63,693 bases of DNA, filler included, from 7 parts of 7 records of this genome joined end to end with filler, not necessarily neighbours in it; one strand, 5' to 3'; counted from the first letter of the whole stretch, positions 1 through 11,117 are shown. The notes: generated by a model from the letters alone, not told the origin. A program made the numbers and translations.

Positions 1-772
1 AGGTTACCTGTTCCAACCGCAATTCCTTTATTCCAACCAATTTGTTCCGAAAATTTTATAACCCGTTTGTAACAAACCTCACTACTGTCGAGCAAATTTC
101 GGTCTTCATAAATATCACCCAGTTCGTTGTAAAATATTGCTTTGTCGTTTGGCGAAACATCAGTTTTAGAATTTAATTCTTTTTGCGCCTTTTGTATTTG
201 ACTATCCTGCTTTTTTAAATCGCCAAGCAAACCATACAAAACCGATAGTTTCATGTAATTATTAAATAAACGCGGGTGTCCGTTCTCTTTCCTTATTTCA
301 ATAGATTTTAACTGACAATCGATGGCATTTTCGTAATCGCCCATATCTTTATAAACCAAGCCTAAATTCTCGTAACTGTTCGAAACAATTTGCGCCCGGT
401 TCATTGCCTTGTTTATTTCCAGTACCCGGTTAAAATACTTTAAAGCTTCTTTATTTTTCCCCTGGTAACAGCTTGATATACCAAGACTGTTATAAGCATC
501 ACCAAGATTAATGCTGTCGTTTTCTTCTTCAGCAATTTTTTTAATTTGAATATAGTTTTGTCGTGTTTTTCCCAGTCACCCTGCAGCTCGTATAAATCGG
601 CTATTTCGGCAAGAATATCTATCTTATCTTCAGCAATACCGGTTTCCTGCAATTGAAGATTTAAACTATCAACTCGACTTTGTTGCCGGGCATTTACCTG
701 CATTTGAACAAGCAACATAACAGCAACAATACATGCCAATTGACACAAATTATTTAGTTTGATATTTCGCAT
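1..772 (-). CDS. Secreted/membrane TPR-repeat protein (possible TPR sensor/regulator N-terminus); frameshifted at ~540 and truncated by window start
   Basis: Signal peptide in ORF 440..772; the alternative frame past the T-run at 536-542 reads IAEEENDSINLGDAYNSLGISSCYQGKNKEALKYFNRVLEI...SNSYENLGLVYKDMGDYENA (TPR pattern). Confidence 0.75.
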
Positions 773-1142
773 TTGGAACCTCTGGTTTTACTTATCTCAC
801 AATATTTTGCAAGAGCAACTTCAATTAACGATGTTTGGTAAATTTTAGGGAAACAAGATAAAAACAATTTGTAAAATTATGTTAAAACTTTTCATTAATA
901 TTCAAGGTCGTTTGGATAATCACTCCAATATTTTACATCAGTTCACTTTTTGCCGGTGGTAGTACTTACAGGCAAACCGAGTCTGCTCAATAACAATTGT
1001 TCCAATAATTCATTTCAGCTGTAATTTTTATCAAATTTTTAATACTAAAACCTATAATGTATTTATCTATCTTAATATCATGGTTCGGTAAAAACACTGT
1101 TTGTATATTTCGGGCTAAAACGCTTTAACAAATAACTTAATT

Positions 1143-3211
1143 ATGAAAAAATTCACCTTATTAGTTACTTTGCTGGCATTAATAACACAATTAAGCATGG
1201 CACAAGAAGATCCTTACATCTGGTTAGAAGATGTTGATGCTGAGAAATCGTTGGAATGGGTTGCAAAATGGAACAAAAAGTCGTTGGGGACTTTAACTAA
1301 TCAATCAGGTTACCAAGCTGTTTACGAAAAAAACCTGGAAATATATAATTCGAAAGAACGAATAGCAGATCCTGCAATTCGTGGGAAACTGGTATATAAC
1401 TTTTGGCAAGACAAAGACCACCAACGCGGAATTTGGCGACGCACGCCCATAAAAAGTTACCTGAGTGGCAATCCGGTTTGGGAGACTGTGCTTGATATTG
1501 ATGCACTTTCGGAACAAGACGGAGAAAAATATGTTTTTAAAGGAGCAATCGGGCTTTATCCCGATTACGAACGTTTTCTGATAAGCCTTTCGAAAGGTGG
1601 TGGCGATGCTGTTATTGTAAGAGAGTTTAACGGAAAAACCAAACAATTTATAAAAGACGGTTTTACGCTGCACGAAGCAAAAGGAAGCGGTAGTTGGATT
1701 GACGAAAACACCCTTTTGGTTTCAACCGACTTTGGTAATGGGATGACCACTTCGGGCTATCCCAAAGAAGTGAAAATTTGGAAACGCGGTACAGATTTAA
1801 AAGACGCAAAACTTATTTTCGAGGGAAAAGAAGACGATATGGGTACCTGGGGAGCAACCATTCAAACTAAAGGAAAAACATATCAGCTTATTAGCCAAAA
1901 AACATCTTTTTACTCAGGTTCTTATTATTTTATTGAAAACGGGAAACTGGTAAAACTTGAATTACCGGAAGATATTAGCCTCGGCAGTATTTTTAAAAAA
2001 CAAGTTATTTTCGAATTAAAGTCGGATTGGACAGTTGGAGGAAAATCGTTTAAACAAGGCGACATGCTTAGTATTGCTTACAATGAACTTATAAAAGGCG
2101 GCACCAATTACCAACTAATTGTTTCGCCCGACGAACGTTCGAGTATTACTGGAACCAACTCTACAAAAAACGCCTTGCTGGTTAATATGCTTACTAATGT
2201 AAAAAGCGAATTGTATAAATACACCTTTAATAATAGCTGGAAGAAAGAAAAGGTAGAAGCACCACAATTTGGAAACATTTCGCTTGGCTCTGCCGATGAT
2301 AACAGCGATCTTTTCTTTTTCTATTTTACCAATTTCCTTGAGCCTTCGTCGTTGTACAAAGCCGATGCAAAAACAGGAGAAACCATTAAAATAAAATCGC
2401 TCCCATCGTTTTTCCCGGCAGAAAATTACAAAGTTCAGCAGTTTGAAGCTACATCAACCGACGGCACCAAGATTCCGTATTTTGTGGTTTCGGCAAAAGA
2501 TGTAAAATTGAACGGTAAAAATCCAACCCTACTTTATGCTTATGGCGGTTTCGAAATTCCGATGTTACCAAGTTACAATGCAACTACCGGTACTGCCTGG
2601 TTAGAGAAAGGTGGTGTTTATGTTTTGGCAAATATTCGCGGAGGTGGCGAGTTTGGACCTAAATGGCATCAGGCCGGATTAAAAGCGAACCGCCAGTTGG
2701 TTTACAACGACTTTCATGCGGTTGCAGAAAGCCTGATTCGCAAAAAAATAACATCATCGAAAAACTCGGCATTTTTGGAGGAAGCAATGGCGGCTTATTG
2801 GTTGGGGTTGCTTACACACAGCGTCCTGATTTATACAATGCAGTTGTTTGTGCTGTTCCTTTACTTGATATGAAACGTTACAACAAATTGCTGGCTGGTG
2901 CCAGTTGGATGGCAGAATATGGGAATCCTGATATTCCTGAAGAATGGGATTTTATAAAAAAATATTCACCTTACCAGAATGTAAAAAAGGGAGAAGATTA
3001 TCCTGAAGTATTCTTTACCACATCAACCCGCGACGACCGCGTTCACCCGGGACATGCCCGCAAAATGGTTGCCCGAATGGATGAGCTGGGATACAAAGTG
3101 TATTATTTCGAAAATACAGAAGGTGGACACGCCGGAGCCTCTACAAATGAACAGCGTGCAAAAATGTATGCGCTTATTTATTCTTACCTCGAAATGAAAT
3201 TAATGAAATAA
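1143..3211 (+). CDS. Prolyl oligopeptidase (S9A) with signal peptide; one frameshift at A-run ~2760
   Basis: DPYIWLED N-terminus, YAYGGF, NIRGGGEFG; second frame supplies GGSNGG (Ser), DDRV (Asp) and GGH (His) catalytic triad. Confidence 0.93.
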
Positions 3212-3233
3212 TAACCAAATTCCACATATAAAT

Positions 3234-3279
3234 AAGCTCCGAAGGAAATTATCCTTTGGAGCTTGTTAGTTTTTTTTTA
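3234..3279 (+). terminator. Rho-independent terminator after the POP gene
   Basis: AAGCTCC...GGAGCTT stem followed by T-run. Confidence 0.65.
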
Positions 3280-3303
3280 TTTAATAACGACTCTTTTGCC
3301 AAT

Positions 3304-3345
3304 AAAAAAAGATTAATTGAAAAATTTCAATTAATCCATTTTTTT
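3304..3345 (-). terminator. Hairpin terminator downstream of the small peptide gene
   Basis: GATTAATTGA-AAAAT-TTCAATTAATC inverted repeat flanked by A/T runs. Confidence 0.5.
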
Positions 3346-3377
3346 AACTAGTGAACACTCTGTTTCCATTTTTTATT

Positions 3378-3584
3378 CTAACTGGAAGAAGCACCACCAC
3401 TACTAGCACTACCAATATTACTCCCACTGGTCCCAGGACCACTAGCTCCACTACCTCCTGCTTGAGCCTTTTTATTAAGAAGAATCATCATGGTTGCAGT
3501 AGATAAAGCCGCATAACCTGTTTTTTTTATGGCTTCTTTTCGTGTAATCTTCTTTCCAGAAAGATCTGATTTTTGTTTTTCCAT
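3378..3584 (-). CDS. 68-aa peptide: Tat-like leader ending in AQA plus Gly/Ser-rich 26-aa core (candidate modified-peptide precursor)
   Basis: ITRKEAIKK motif, hydrophobic stretch, AxA site, core GGSGASGPGTSGSNIGSASSGGASSS; own downstream hairpin; adjacent to kinase and NTase genes. Confidence 0.75.
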   Translation of the reverse strand: MEKQKSDLSGKKITRKEAIKKTGYAALSTATMMILLNKKAQAGGSGASGPGTSGSNIGSASSGGASSS

Positions 3585-4002
3585 AATTCCTTTATCTTTT
3601 ATTTTCTCAATTTCATATTAAATATCCGATATTTCTTACTAATTTACAAATAAAGTTAAAAAACAATTGAGACAAACACCCCACTAACGTCGTAATAATG
3701 ATTACATTATACAAAACACACTAATTAAATTCTAACACAATCATTTCCTTTAAATTGAATAAATATGAAACCTAAGCACTTTATTAACGCCTTTAAACTC
3801 TTCGTTATTCCGCAACCTAAAAAAACTTAATTCAAGAAACATTCACTTTGAAACTTAAAATAAGTTTACAATGGGGGTGTTTATTATTTTGAACAAAAGA
3901 GAGTATATTAGCTAAACACATCAGTATAAAAAGACTATTTTGTTGTAAATAGTTTTTATTTTAGACATTATCTTGATTGCTAAACTGTAAAATAGTTATC
4001 TC

Positions 4003-5148
4003 ATGGAGAAAATAAGGTATATTAAAAAGAAGTTTGGAAAGTCGTACCTGATATGGTTTCAGAATAGTAATTTATATTTCTATTTGGAAGAACCTGCCTG
4101 GTATGTATTTAGGAAAATAGTTAACAGACACAAATCTGAAACAATTGCTAAAGAATTCTCTATTCGCTACGGATTTAACTACACCGACAGTCTTAATTTT
4201 GTAGTTGAAATCAGGCAAAAGGTAAAAAGAATAAACAAACCCAATAAACACAAAAAATTTATTGAAGAATTTGAACCAAAGATTAGCAAGCATGTTTATT
4301 CGCCTTACTCAAGCTACAGTTACAACATGCAAAATAAAATAATTAAATTTTCTTATGGAACTCATCGGCTCGAAAGATGGATTCATCCTCTAATTAAACA
4401 TATGGAAACATTTGAAGAGTCTAAAAACAAATCGCAATTTGAGCTATTCTTATTTGAAGATAGAGTTATTTTTAAGGTAGATAATGTACTTATTGGAAGT
4501 TGGAAAAAAGATGAAAGTCCATATGTAAAAGGCAGAGTATTTATTGAGCTACTAAATGCTTTGCATAACAAAACAGATGACGATTGGCTAATGACAGCTC
4601 ATGCCTCAGCAATTTCGAATGGACGGAAAACCATACTTTTTTCAGCATCTGCAGGTAGTGGAAAGACAACTTTTGCAGCTTTACTTCAAACTCATGGATA
4701 TCATATTATTTCAGATGATTTTGTTCCAATTGAAAAATCAACGTTTAAGGCATACCCGCTTCCAATTGCAATGTCGGTTAAAGAAGGGGCAATGGATTTA
4801 TTAACCTCTCACTACCCTGTACTGGAAAAAAAATCGGTAGAAAAGATTAATCCCCAAAAATCCGTTAAATATTTAGCTGCTGATACTCAAATGATGGATA
4901 TGATATTTCCAGTTAACGAATTTGTTTTTCTAAAATATGACAAGTCTGTAGATTTGTCCTTGCAAAAAGTTGAAGCCGTAGAGGCTTTAACAAATCTGTT
5001 TGAAGAAGCCTGGATTCCGCCCGATGCAAAAAATGTAGAAATATTTCTGGATAAAATTTTAAATGCTTCTTTTTATAGCCTTACCTATTCCGATAACGCA
5101 AAAGCCATTGAAGCTATAAATCAACTTTTTGAGAATGACCAAAAGTGA
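4003..5148 (+). CDS. HPr-kinase-like (HprK-related) kinase with probable N-terminal PqqD/RRE-like domain
   Basis: HASAI...SAGSGKTT (His + Walker A) and ISDD motif; N-terminal LEEPAWYVF..ETIAKEFSIRYG resembles a PqqD-type winged helix. Confidence 0.75.
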   Translation: MEKIRYIKKKFGKSYLIWFQNSNLYFYLEEPAWYVFRKIVNRHKSETIAKEFSIRYGFNYTDSLNFVVEIRQKVKRINKPNKHKKFIEEFEPKISKHVYSPYSSYSYNMQNKIIKFSYGTHRLERWIHPLIKHMETFEESKNKSQFELFLFEDRVIFKVDNVLIGSWKKDESPYVKGRVFIELLNALHNKTDDDWLMTAHASAISNGRKTILFSASAGSGKTTFAALLQTHGYHIISDDFVPIEKSTFKAYPLPIAMSVKEGAMDLLTSHYPVLEKKSVEKINPQKSVKYLAADTQMMDMIFPVNEFVFLKYDKSVDLSLQKVEAVEALTNLFEEAWIPPDAKNVEIFLDKILNASFYSLTYSDNAKAIEAINQLFENDQK

Positions 5149-5617
5149 AATCTATTATCTTGCCGGGAAATGCCTGGTACTAGATAAAAATCCAGAATTT
5201 AAAAAGGAGTTTGTTAAGCTCTGCAAATTAGATTTAATCGACTGGTCGAAATTTGTGTCAATTTGCAGTGATAATTTAGTTTTGCCCTCAATCTTTATAA
5301 AATTTCGAACGCAAAATATTCTTGAATACTTACCTCAGGATTTGCATGAACATTTATTAGAGATATATGAGCTAAATAGCCAAAGAAACAATGCAATTCT
5401 TAAGCAAATAAAATCAATTACAGCCATTCTGAATAAAGAGAATATTTTCCCGATATTTCTGAAAGGTGCGGGCAATATTCTTGATGAAGTGTATTCCGAT
5501 ATCGGAGAAAGATTGATGATAGATATAGATTTTCTGGTTCATGAAGAAGATTTTCTCAAGTCGGCAGAAATACTGAAAAACAATGGTTACTTAGGTTACA
5601 AGGAGAATGAAATTTTG
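5135..5617 (+). CDS. Nucleotidyltransferase family protein (NTP_transf_5-like), truncated by contig end
   Basis: IFLKGA...Y..IGERLMIDIDFLV motif; overlaps the kinase stop (translational coupling). Confidence 0.85.
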
Positions 5618-5717
5618 NNNNNNNNNNNNNNNNNNNNNNNNNNNNNNNNNNNNNNNNNNNNTTAATTAATTAANNNNNNNNNNNNNNNNNNNNNNNNNNN
5701 NNNNNNNNNNNNNNNNN
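5618..5717. other. Artificial contig linker
   Basis: N44-TTAATTAATTAA-N44; stops in all six frames. Confidence 0.99.
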
Positions 5718-6206
5718 ATTATGGGAGAATTTAACGAACATAATGAAAAAATGGATACTCAAGCGAGAACTTTAGCTCAAGTTTTCATTAACCAAAATGA
5801 ACACTTTGGTCATATGCTAACAGAGTTTGATGCTGGTATTACTATACTAGATCAAATCCACCCAATAATACAGGCAATCAACAACATTAGTGATCAAACT
5901 AACCTACTGGCGCTAAATGCTGCGATTGAATCAGCTAGAGCAGGAGAGCATGGTAGAGGATTCTCTGTAGTTGCTGACGAAGTAAGAAAACTAGCTGAAA
6001 ACACTAAAATTGAGGCTGAAAAAATATTACCATTTTCTAAAGAACTCTCTACAAAAATTAACTCAGCAAATGAAAAAGCACTATTTTCCCGTGAAGAGTT
6101 CTTAAAACTTAACTCTTTAATCGAAGATCTTAATAAAACTTATAACCAAATTAATAAAACTAACGAAATCCTTAACACCGAGGCTAGTAAATTGATGGAT
6201 AAATAA
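5718..6206 (+). CDS. Methyl-accepting chemotaxis protein, C-terminal part (5'-truncated)
   Basis: [38 protein letters not shown] signalling hairpin. Confidence 0.93.
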   Translation: MMGEFNEHNEKMDTQARTLAQVFINQNEHFGHMLTEFDAGITILDQIHPIIQAINNISDQTNLLALNAAIESARAGEHGRGFSVVADEVRKLAENTKIEAEKILPFSKELSTKINSANEKALFSREEFLKLNSLIEDLNKTYNQINKTNEILNTEASKLMDK

Positions 6207-6230
6207 TATTTATATAATATTACTAAAAGT

Positions 6231-6270
6231 GAAATCCCACCTCTCAAAATGGAGAAGTGGGATTTCTTTT
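6231..6270. terminator. Bidirectional terminator
   Basis: GAAATCCCAC...GTGGGATTTC between convergent genes. Confidence 0.7.
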
Positions 6271-6564
6271 ATATTATTTCCTCAACCGGACTAACTATTA
6301 CAAATAAATCTACACCATCTTTTAATTTAGATTTAAATTCTCTTAAATACTCAATCAATATATTTGCTCTTTCGTTGTCGGGGATCACAACCATTAGGTT
6401 GTCCATACCTGGCCAAGTATGAGTTCCTAAATGTTGAACATTTTTTCCCCACTTAGCTTGTACATTGGTATAATTAACGTATCTGGTAATATTAACCTTT
6501 TTAAAAGTTTTAATATTTCATCAAAAGCCGCTTCAGTATAAACAATTCTTATCTCTTTATACAT
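6269..6564 (-). CDS. PG0541-family transporter-associated (P-II-like) protein; frameshift at ~6500, not in ORF track
   Basis: Manual translation MYKEIRIVYTEAAFDEI.../...WGKNVQHLGTHTWPGMDNLMVVIP...VIVSPVEEII*; HLGTHTWPG motif; lies directly after the RND permease. Confidence 0.75.
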
Positions 6565-9500
6565 TTTCCACATCCTCTTCTTTATAAATAGTTGCTTCAT
6601 ATTTCAATTTTCTTTTAACTCTTCTCCTAATACTCTCCTCTAATGAATATAACACTGGGATAAATACCAAAGTTAATAGTGTTGATACTGACAATCCAAA
6701 TATAACGGCTATTGACAGACCCTTGTAAAATTCAGAACCTTCTCCCATTCCAAGAGCTAATGGAATCATTCCTAGAACTGTAGTCATCGTTGTCATTAAA
6801 ATAGGTCGAAGTCTTGTACTACCTGATTCAATTATCGCATCATACATGTTTCTACCTTTATTTCTTAGTAAATTAATATAATCAACTAAAACTATCGCAT
6901 TATTTACTACTATTCCCATAAGCATAACTATTCCAACCATAACCATCATATCCATATCAATACCTGTAATCATTACTCCAACTAATACTCCTATAATTGA
7001 TAATGGTAGAGATCCCATGATAATAAGCGGCATCGTATATGATTCAAATTGCGCTGCTAAAATAAAGAATATAGCGTAAACTGATACTTTCAGTGCAAAT
7101 ACAATGTTTTTGATTACATCCTGAATATTTTTCTGATTTCCACTAAAGCTATATGAAATACTTTTCGGAATACCAATCTCTTCAAGAGCAGACTGGACTT
7201 TTGCAACACCTTCATTTAAAGCCATTCCCTCAAGGTTAGCTCCAATTGTAATTTGTTGTTTTCTATTCTCTTTCTCAATTTCAGTACTTCCTTCAACTAA
7301 AGTTATCTTTGCCAAATCTTTTAGTTTAAATACTCCTTTATCAGCTTTAAACTGTAAGTTCTTAATTTTTTTAACTGTATCTCTATTTACTTTTTTTGAT
7401 CTAACTGTTACGTCTATCTCTTGTTCTCCTGTTTTAATGGAGAATATATCACTACCATTTACTTTTGTTGATATATAACTTACAAGTGAAGAAACATCAA
7501 TTCCGTAATATGCCATCTTTTCTCTATTTAGATCCATTTTTATTTTAGGATTTCCACCTTCATATGATGAATTTTCATCTACTAGGCCATCGATAGTTTT
7601 CATCTTTTCCAGTACTTTTTCTGAGTAAGCTTTCAGCACTTCTGTGTCACTACTTTTCAAGCTAAGCTGGAGCTCTCCTGATGAACTTCCCCCAGGGCCT
7701 CCACCACTGTTAGCTACTATAAAGTTCACATCAGGCATATATGTGATCTTCTCTCTTACTTGTGTCATGATCTCAGTAATGCTTTCTTTTCTATCGGCTT
7801 TCTTGCTTGCCTGCACATCAAACCTGATTTCACTTTCTGTTAATGAAACTGAATAATCTTTTGTAAAGCTGTTTTCAGCTATAATTTTTTCTACACGTTT
7901 AGCTATTTCATTTGCTTTTTCTATTTCAAGTCCTTTTGCCATTGTTCCTGTAATTCTGTATTTACCTTCATCCATTGTTGGAAAAAATGAAATTTTAATA
8001 TTATTTTTTCCAACAAATACTACACTAACAAACATAACCAGTGTAATTATTACTGTTTTAACTCTATGCTTAAGAGTAAATTTTAAAAATCTTAAATAGA
8101 ATTTTTTGATAAATTTTAGTATTCTTCCCTCTTTTAATGATACTTTAGCTGGATTAAGAAATTTTGATGCTGCCATTGGTACAAATGTGATTGCTATAAG
8201 CAAAGATGATACCAAGGCAAATACAATCGCAAATGACATATTGTGGAACATCTCTCTGGTCATACCCTGTTTAAGTATAATAGGTACAAATACAGCTACT
8301 GTTGTTGCTGTAGAGGCTATTAGTGCAAATGTCATCTCAGATGCACCGTTTGACGCTGCTGTTATCTTATCCTCTTTTAATTCGGTCATATGCCTAAATA
8401 TATTATCCACAACTACTACTGAGTTATCGACTAACATTCCTACCCCAAGGGCTAATCCCATTAATGACATCATATTAATATTGATATCAAGCAAAGGGAA
8501 AAATGCAAATGTAAATATAATTGATACTGGAATGGCAATTGCAACAATTATTGAGGCTCTCAAATTTTTCAGAAAAATAAGTAGAACGATTCCTGCTAAT
8601 ATTAATCCCTGAATTGCATTTTGTGATACTGTTTTTACTGATTGTTGGATTGAAGTAGAATCATCAGTTGTTAGTTTGATTTTAATATTTTCTGGTTGCG
8701 CTGCCATTAATTCTGTCATGGTTTCTTTAACTGTTTTGATTATCTCAACAGTATTCGCACCATTCATTTTATTAACACTAATTCTAACTGCATCCTCAGA
8801 ATTTTGTCTGGCATATGAACTTCTGTCTTTTTCACTTAATTTAACATCTGCTATATCTTTTAATCTGATAATAGTACCATCTTCACTAGATATAATGATA
8901 TTTTTAACTTCATCTAAACTTTCAACTTCACTTGTTGTTGACAAAGTGAATTTTTTGGCTCCTTCTGCTAAAGTTCCAAGTGGAATATTTAGATTCGAAG
9001 CACTTATAGTACTTTCAATAGTATTTAAGCTTAAGCCATAGCTATTAATCTTTTGCTCATTTAACTCAACTCTGACTTCTGTTTCGATTCCACCAGTAAT
9101 ATCAACTGATGAAACTCCTGAAATTTTCTCAAGACTTGGAGCAAATACATCATCAGCAATTGTATACAGATCAATCAAATCCGATCCGTAAAGATTATAA
9201 ACGATAATCGGCATTGAACTTGGATCCATCTTGAATATTACCGGAGTTGTTGCATCATCAGGCAGATCACCTGCAACATTATCTATTTTTGATCTAATAT
9301 CTGGTAATCTGTCGTCAACATTTACACCGTAGTTAAATTCAATTACTACGTTTGATGATCCTTGTTCAGAAGTAGTACTAACATTTTTTATACCCTCTAC
9401 TCCCGTAATTGCATTTTCAATTGTTGTAGTAACTAATTTCTCAACATTATCAGGTGTAGCACCACTCCAAGTAGTTCGTATCATTACAACTGGGATATTA

Positions 9501-9619
9501 AAATCAGGAAATAACTGTGAAGACATATCTCTCATAATAACAATTCCAGCAACTACCATTGAGACGATTGTCATAAAAGTCAATACTGATCTTTTAATTG
9601 CAAATTTTGATAAACTCAT
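6557..9619 (-). CDS. RND efflux permease (AcrB/AcrD/AcrF, HAE1 family)
   Basis: 1020 aa; GMLVDNSVVVVDNI, GIVVNNAIVLVD and RLRPILMTT motifs. Confidence 0.96.
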   Translation of the reverse strand: MSLSKFAIKRSVLTFMTIVSMVVAGIVIMRDMSSQLFPDFNIPVVMIRTTWSGATPDNVEKLVTTTIENAITGVEGIKNVSTTSEQGSSNVVIEFNYGVNVDDRLPDIRSKIDNVAGDLPDDATTPVIFKMDPSSMPIIVYNLYGSDLIDLYTIADDVFAPSLEKISGVSSVDITGGIETEVRVELNEQKINSYGLSLNTIESTISASNLNIPLGTLAEGAKKFTLSTTSEVESLDEVKNIIISSEDGTIIRLKDIADVKLSEKDRSSYARQNSEDAVRISVNKMNGANTVEIIKTVKETMTELMAAQPENIKIKLTTDDSTSIQQSVKTVSQNAIQGLILAGIVLLIFLKNLRASIIVAIAIPVSIIFTFAFFPLLDININMMSLMGLALGVGMLVDNSVVVVDNIFRHMTELKEDKITAASNGASEMTFALIASTATTVAVFVPIILKQGMTREMFHNMSFAIVFALVSSLLIAITFVPMAASKFLNPAKVSLKEGRILKFIKKFYLRFLKFTLKHRVKTVIITLVMFVSVVFVGKNNIKISFFPTMDEGKYRITGTMAKGLEIEKANEIAKRVEKIIAENSFTKDYSVSLTESEIRFDVQASKKADRKESITEIMTQVREKITYMPDVNFIVANSGGGPGGSSSGELQLSLKSSDTEVLKAYSEKVLEKMKTIDGLVDENSSYEGGNPKIKMDLNREKMAYYGIDVSSLVSYISTKVNGSDIFSIKTGEQEIDVTVRSKKVNRDTVKKIKNLQFKADKGVFKLKDLAKITLVEGSTEIEKENRKQQITIGANLEGMALNEGVAKVQSALEEIGIPKSISYSFSGNQKNIQDVIKNIVFALKVSVYAIFFILAAQFESYTMPLIIMGSLPLSIIGVLVGVMITGIDMDMMVMVGIVMLMGIVVNNAIVLVDYINLLRNKGRNMYDAIIESGSTRLRPILMTTMTTVLGMIPLALGMGEGSEFYKGLSIAVIFGLSVSTLLTLVFIPVLYSLEESIRRRVKRKLKYEATIYKEEDVENV

Positions 9620-11049
9620 TATTCCACCTCTTTTATGCTCTCATTATCTTGAAGCAGAAATTGTCCCTCAATTACAACTTTATCTCCTTCTTTTACAGAA
9701 TCAGATATCACTTGGATATAGTCATCATCTGAAATACCTGTTTCTACTCTGATTCTCTTAGATTTTTCATTTTCTACAGTAAATATATAACTATATAAGT
9801 TCTTGATTACAACAGATTCTTTCGGAACAACTAAACAGTTTTTTGTTTTTTCAAATAAAGTAACATCTGCAAACATTCCTTTTTTAAGGTAACCATCATT
9901 TTCTACATAAATTTTCACCTTAAATTTATTAGTACTATCCTCGGCAATTGGATTGATACTTACAATTTTACCTTTATAAGTTAGATCTACATCTTCTATA
10001 AATACAATTGTTTCTTTTTCTTCATCCAACTTTGAAATTTCTTCTGCACTTAATCCAACTATCACTTCTATTTTGCTCTCATCTATAACTGTTGCTAAAA
10101 CTTGTGTTTCTCCACTTGTTTTTTCAAATCTTTTAACAACAATACCAGCTACAACTCCATCTATTTTTGCTTTTACCTCTAAATCTTTTAGTTCTTCTTC
10201 CGCTTGTTTAAAACTTGCTTTTGCTGATAGATATGACGCTTCTGCTTGTTTGATTGAATATTTCCAGCTTTCACCTTCAACTTGCTCATTTGCATATAAA
10301 TATGATGCTTCTGCTGAATCATATGCCGCTTTATAAGATCTGATATCTTCTTCATCAGTTCCATCTATTGCTAATTCAAGTGTATTTTTAGCTGAATCAT
10401 AAGAAGCTTTAGCTTGCTTATATGTTGTTTCATAAGTAATAAATTCTGATTCAGAAATTAACTCTTTTTCATATAACTCCTTATATTTATCATAGTTAAA
10501 TTCTGCCTGTTTAAGAGCTTCTCTGGCTGAAGCAGTATTTGCTTCCTGGATTGCAATCTCTTTTTTATTACTTCCTCTTAGTGCTTTTTCATATGTTTCT
10601 TTTGCTTGTTTATAAGTAGATTCTGCACTTGATAAACTGTTTTTTACATTTAATTCCTCAAAGCTTTTTTTCTCATTATATGAAGCTTCTGCCGACATAA
10701 GTGACGCTTTTGCTGATAGATAATTTTGTTCTATATCATCATCACTTAGGCTCATAATCAGATCTCCGGCTTTTACTTTATCTCCATTATTAACATAGAT
10801 CTTTTCAACTTCACCTGCCGGCGCAGTTAATTCAACTAAATTTTGAGAATCAAGTTCAGCATTCCCCAAAATCTCACTACTAATTTTTTTATATTCAACA
10901 CTTGTTGTCTTTACAGCAGTAATTGAACTTTTGCCACCAGGTCTTCCTGGTCCTCCTTTACCACCTGATGGCGTACCTCCTTGTTTCTTACCGCATGCGA
11001 TTATTGTTAATAGGATTGCTCCTACAGTAAGTATCTTTATATTTTTCAT
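9619..11049 (-). CDS. RND periplasmic adaptor (MFP) lipoprotein with long helical hairpin
   Basis: Lipobox IIAC, GDKVKAGD lipoyl half-motif, coiled-coil repeats, GDKVVIEG end. Confidence 0.92.
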   Translation of the reverse strand: MKNIKILTVGAILLTIIACGKKQGGTPSGGKGGPGRPGGKSSITAVKTTSVEYKKISSEILGNAELDSQNLVELTAPAGEVEKIYVNNGDKVKAGDLIMSLSDDDIEQNYLSAKASLMSAEASYNEKKSFEELNVKNSLSSAESTYKQAKETYEKALRGSNKKEIAIQEANTASAREALKQAEFNYDKYKELYEKELISESEFITYETTYKQAKASYDSAKNTLELAIDGTDEEDIRSYKAAYDSAEASYLYANEQVEGESWKYSIKQAEASYLSAKASFKQAEEELKDLEVKAKIDGVVAGIVVKRFEKTSGETQVLATVIDESKIEVIVGLSAEEISKLDEEKETIVFIEDVDLTYKGKIVSINPIAEDSTNKFKVKIYVENDGYLKKGMFADVTLFEKTKNCLVVPKESVVIKNLYSYIFTVENEKSKRIRVETGISDDDYIQVISDSVKEGDKVVIEGQFLLQDNESIKEVE

Positions 11050-11117
11050 TTATTTCTCCCCTTTATATTATTTTTCCTGTACCATAGTAAAGTATAATTT
11101 TTTTAACTTTTTATACT

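Noticed and set aside
3378-3584. Lasso peptide precursor
   Set aside because: The core lacks the Asp/Glu needed for the macrolactam, and no cyclase or leader peptidase is visible on the contig
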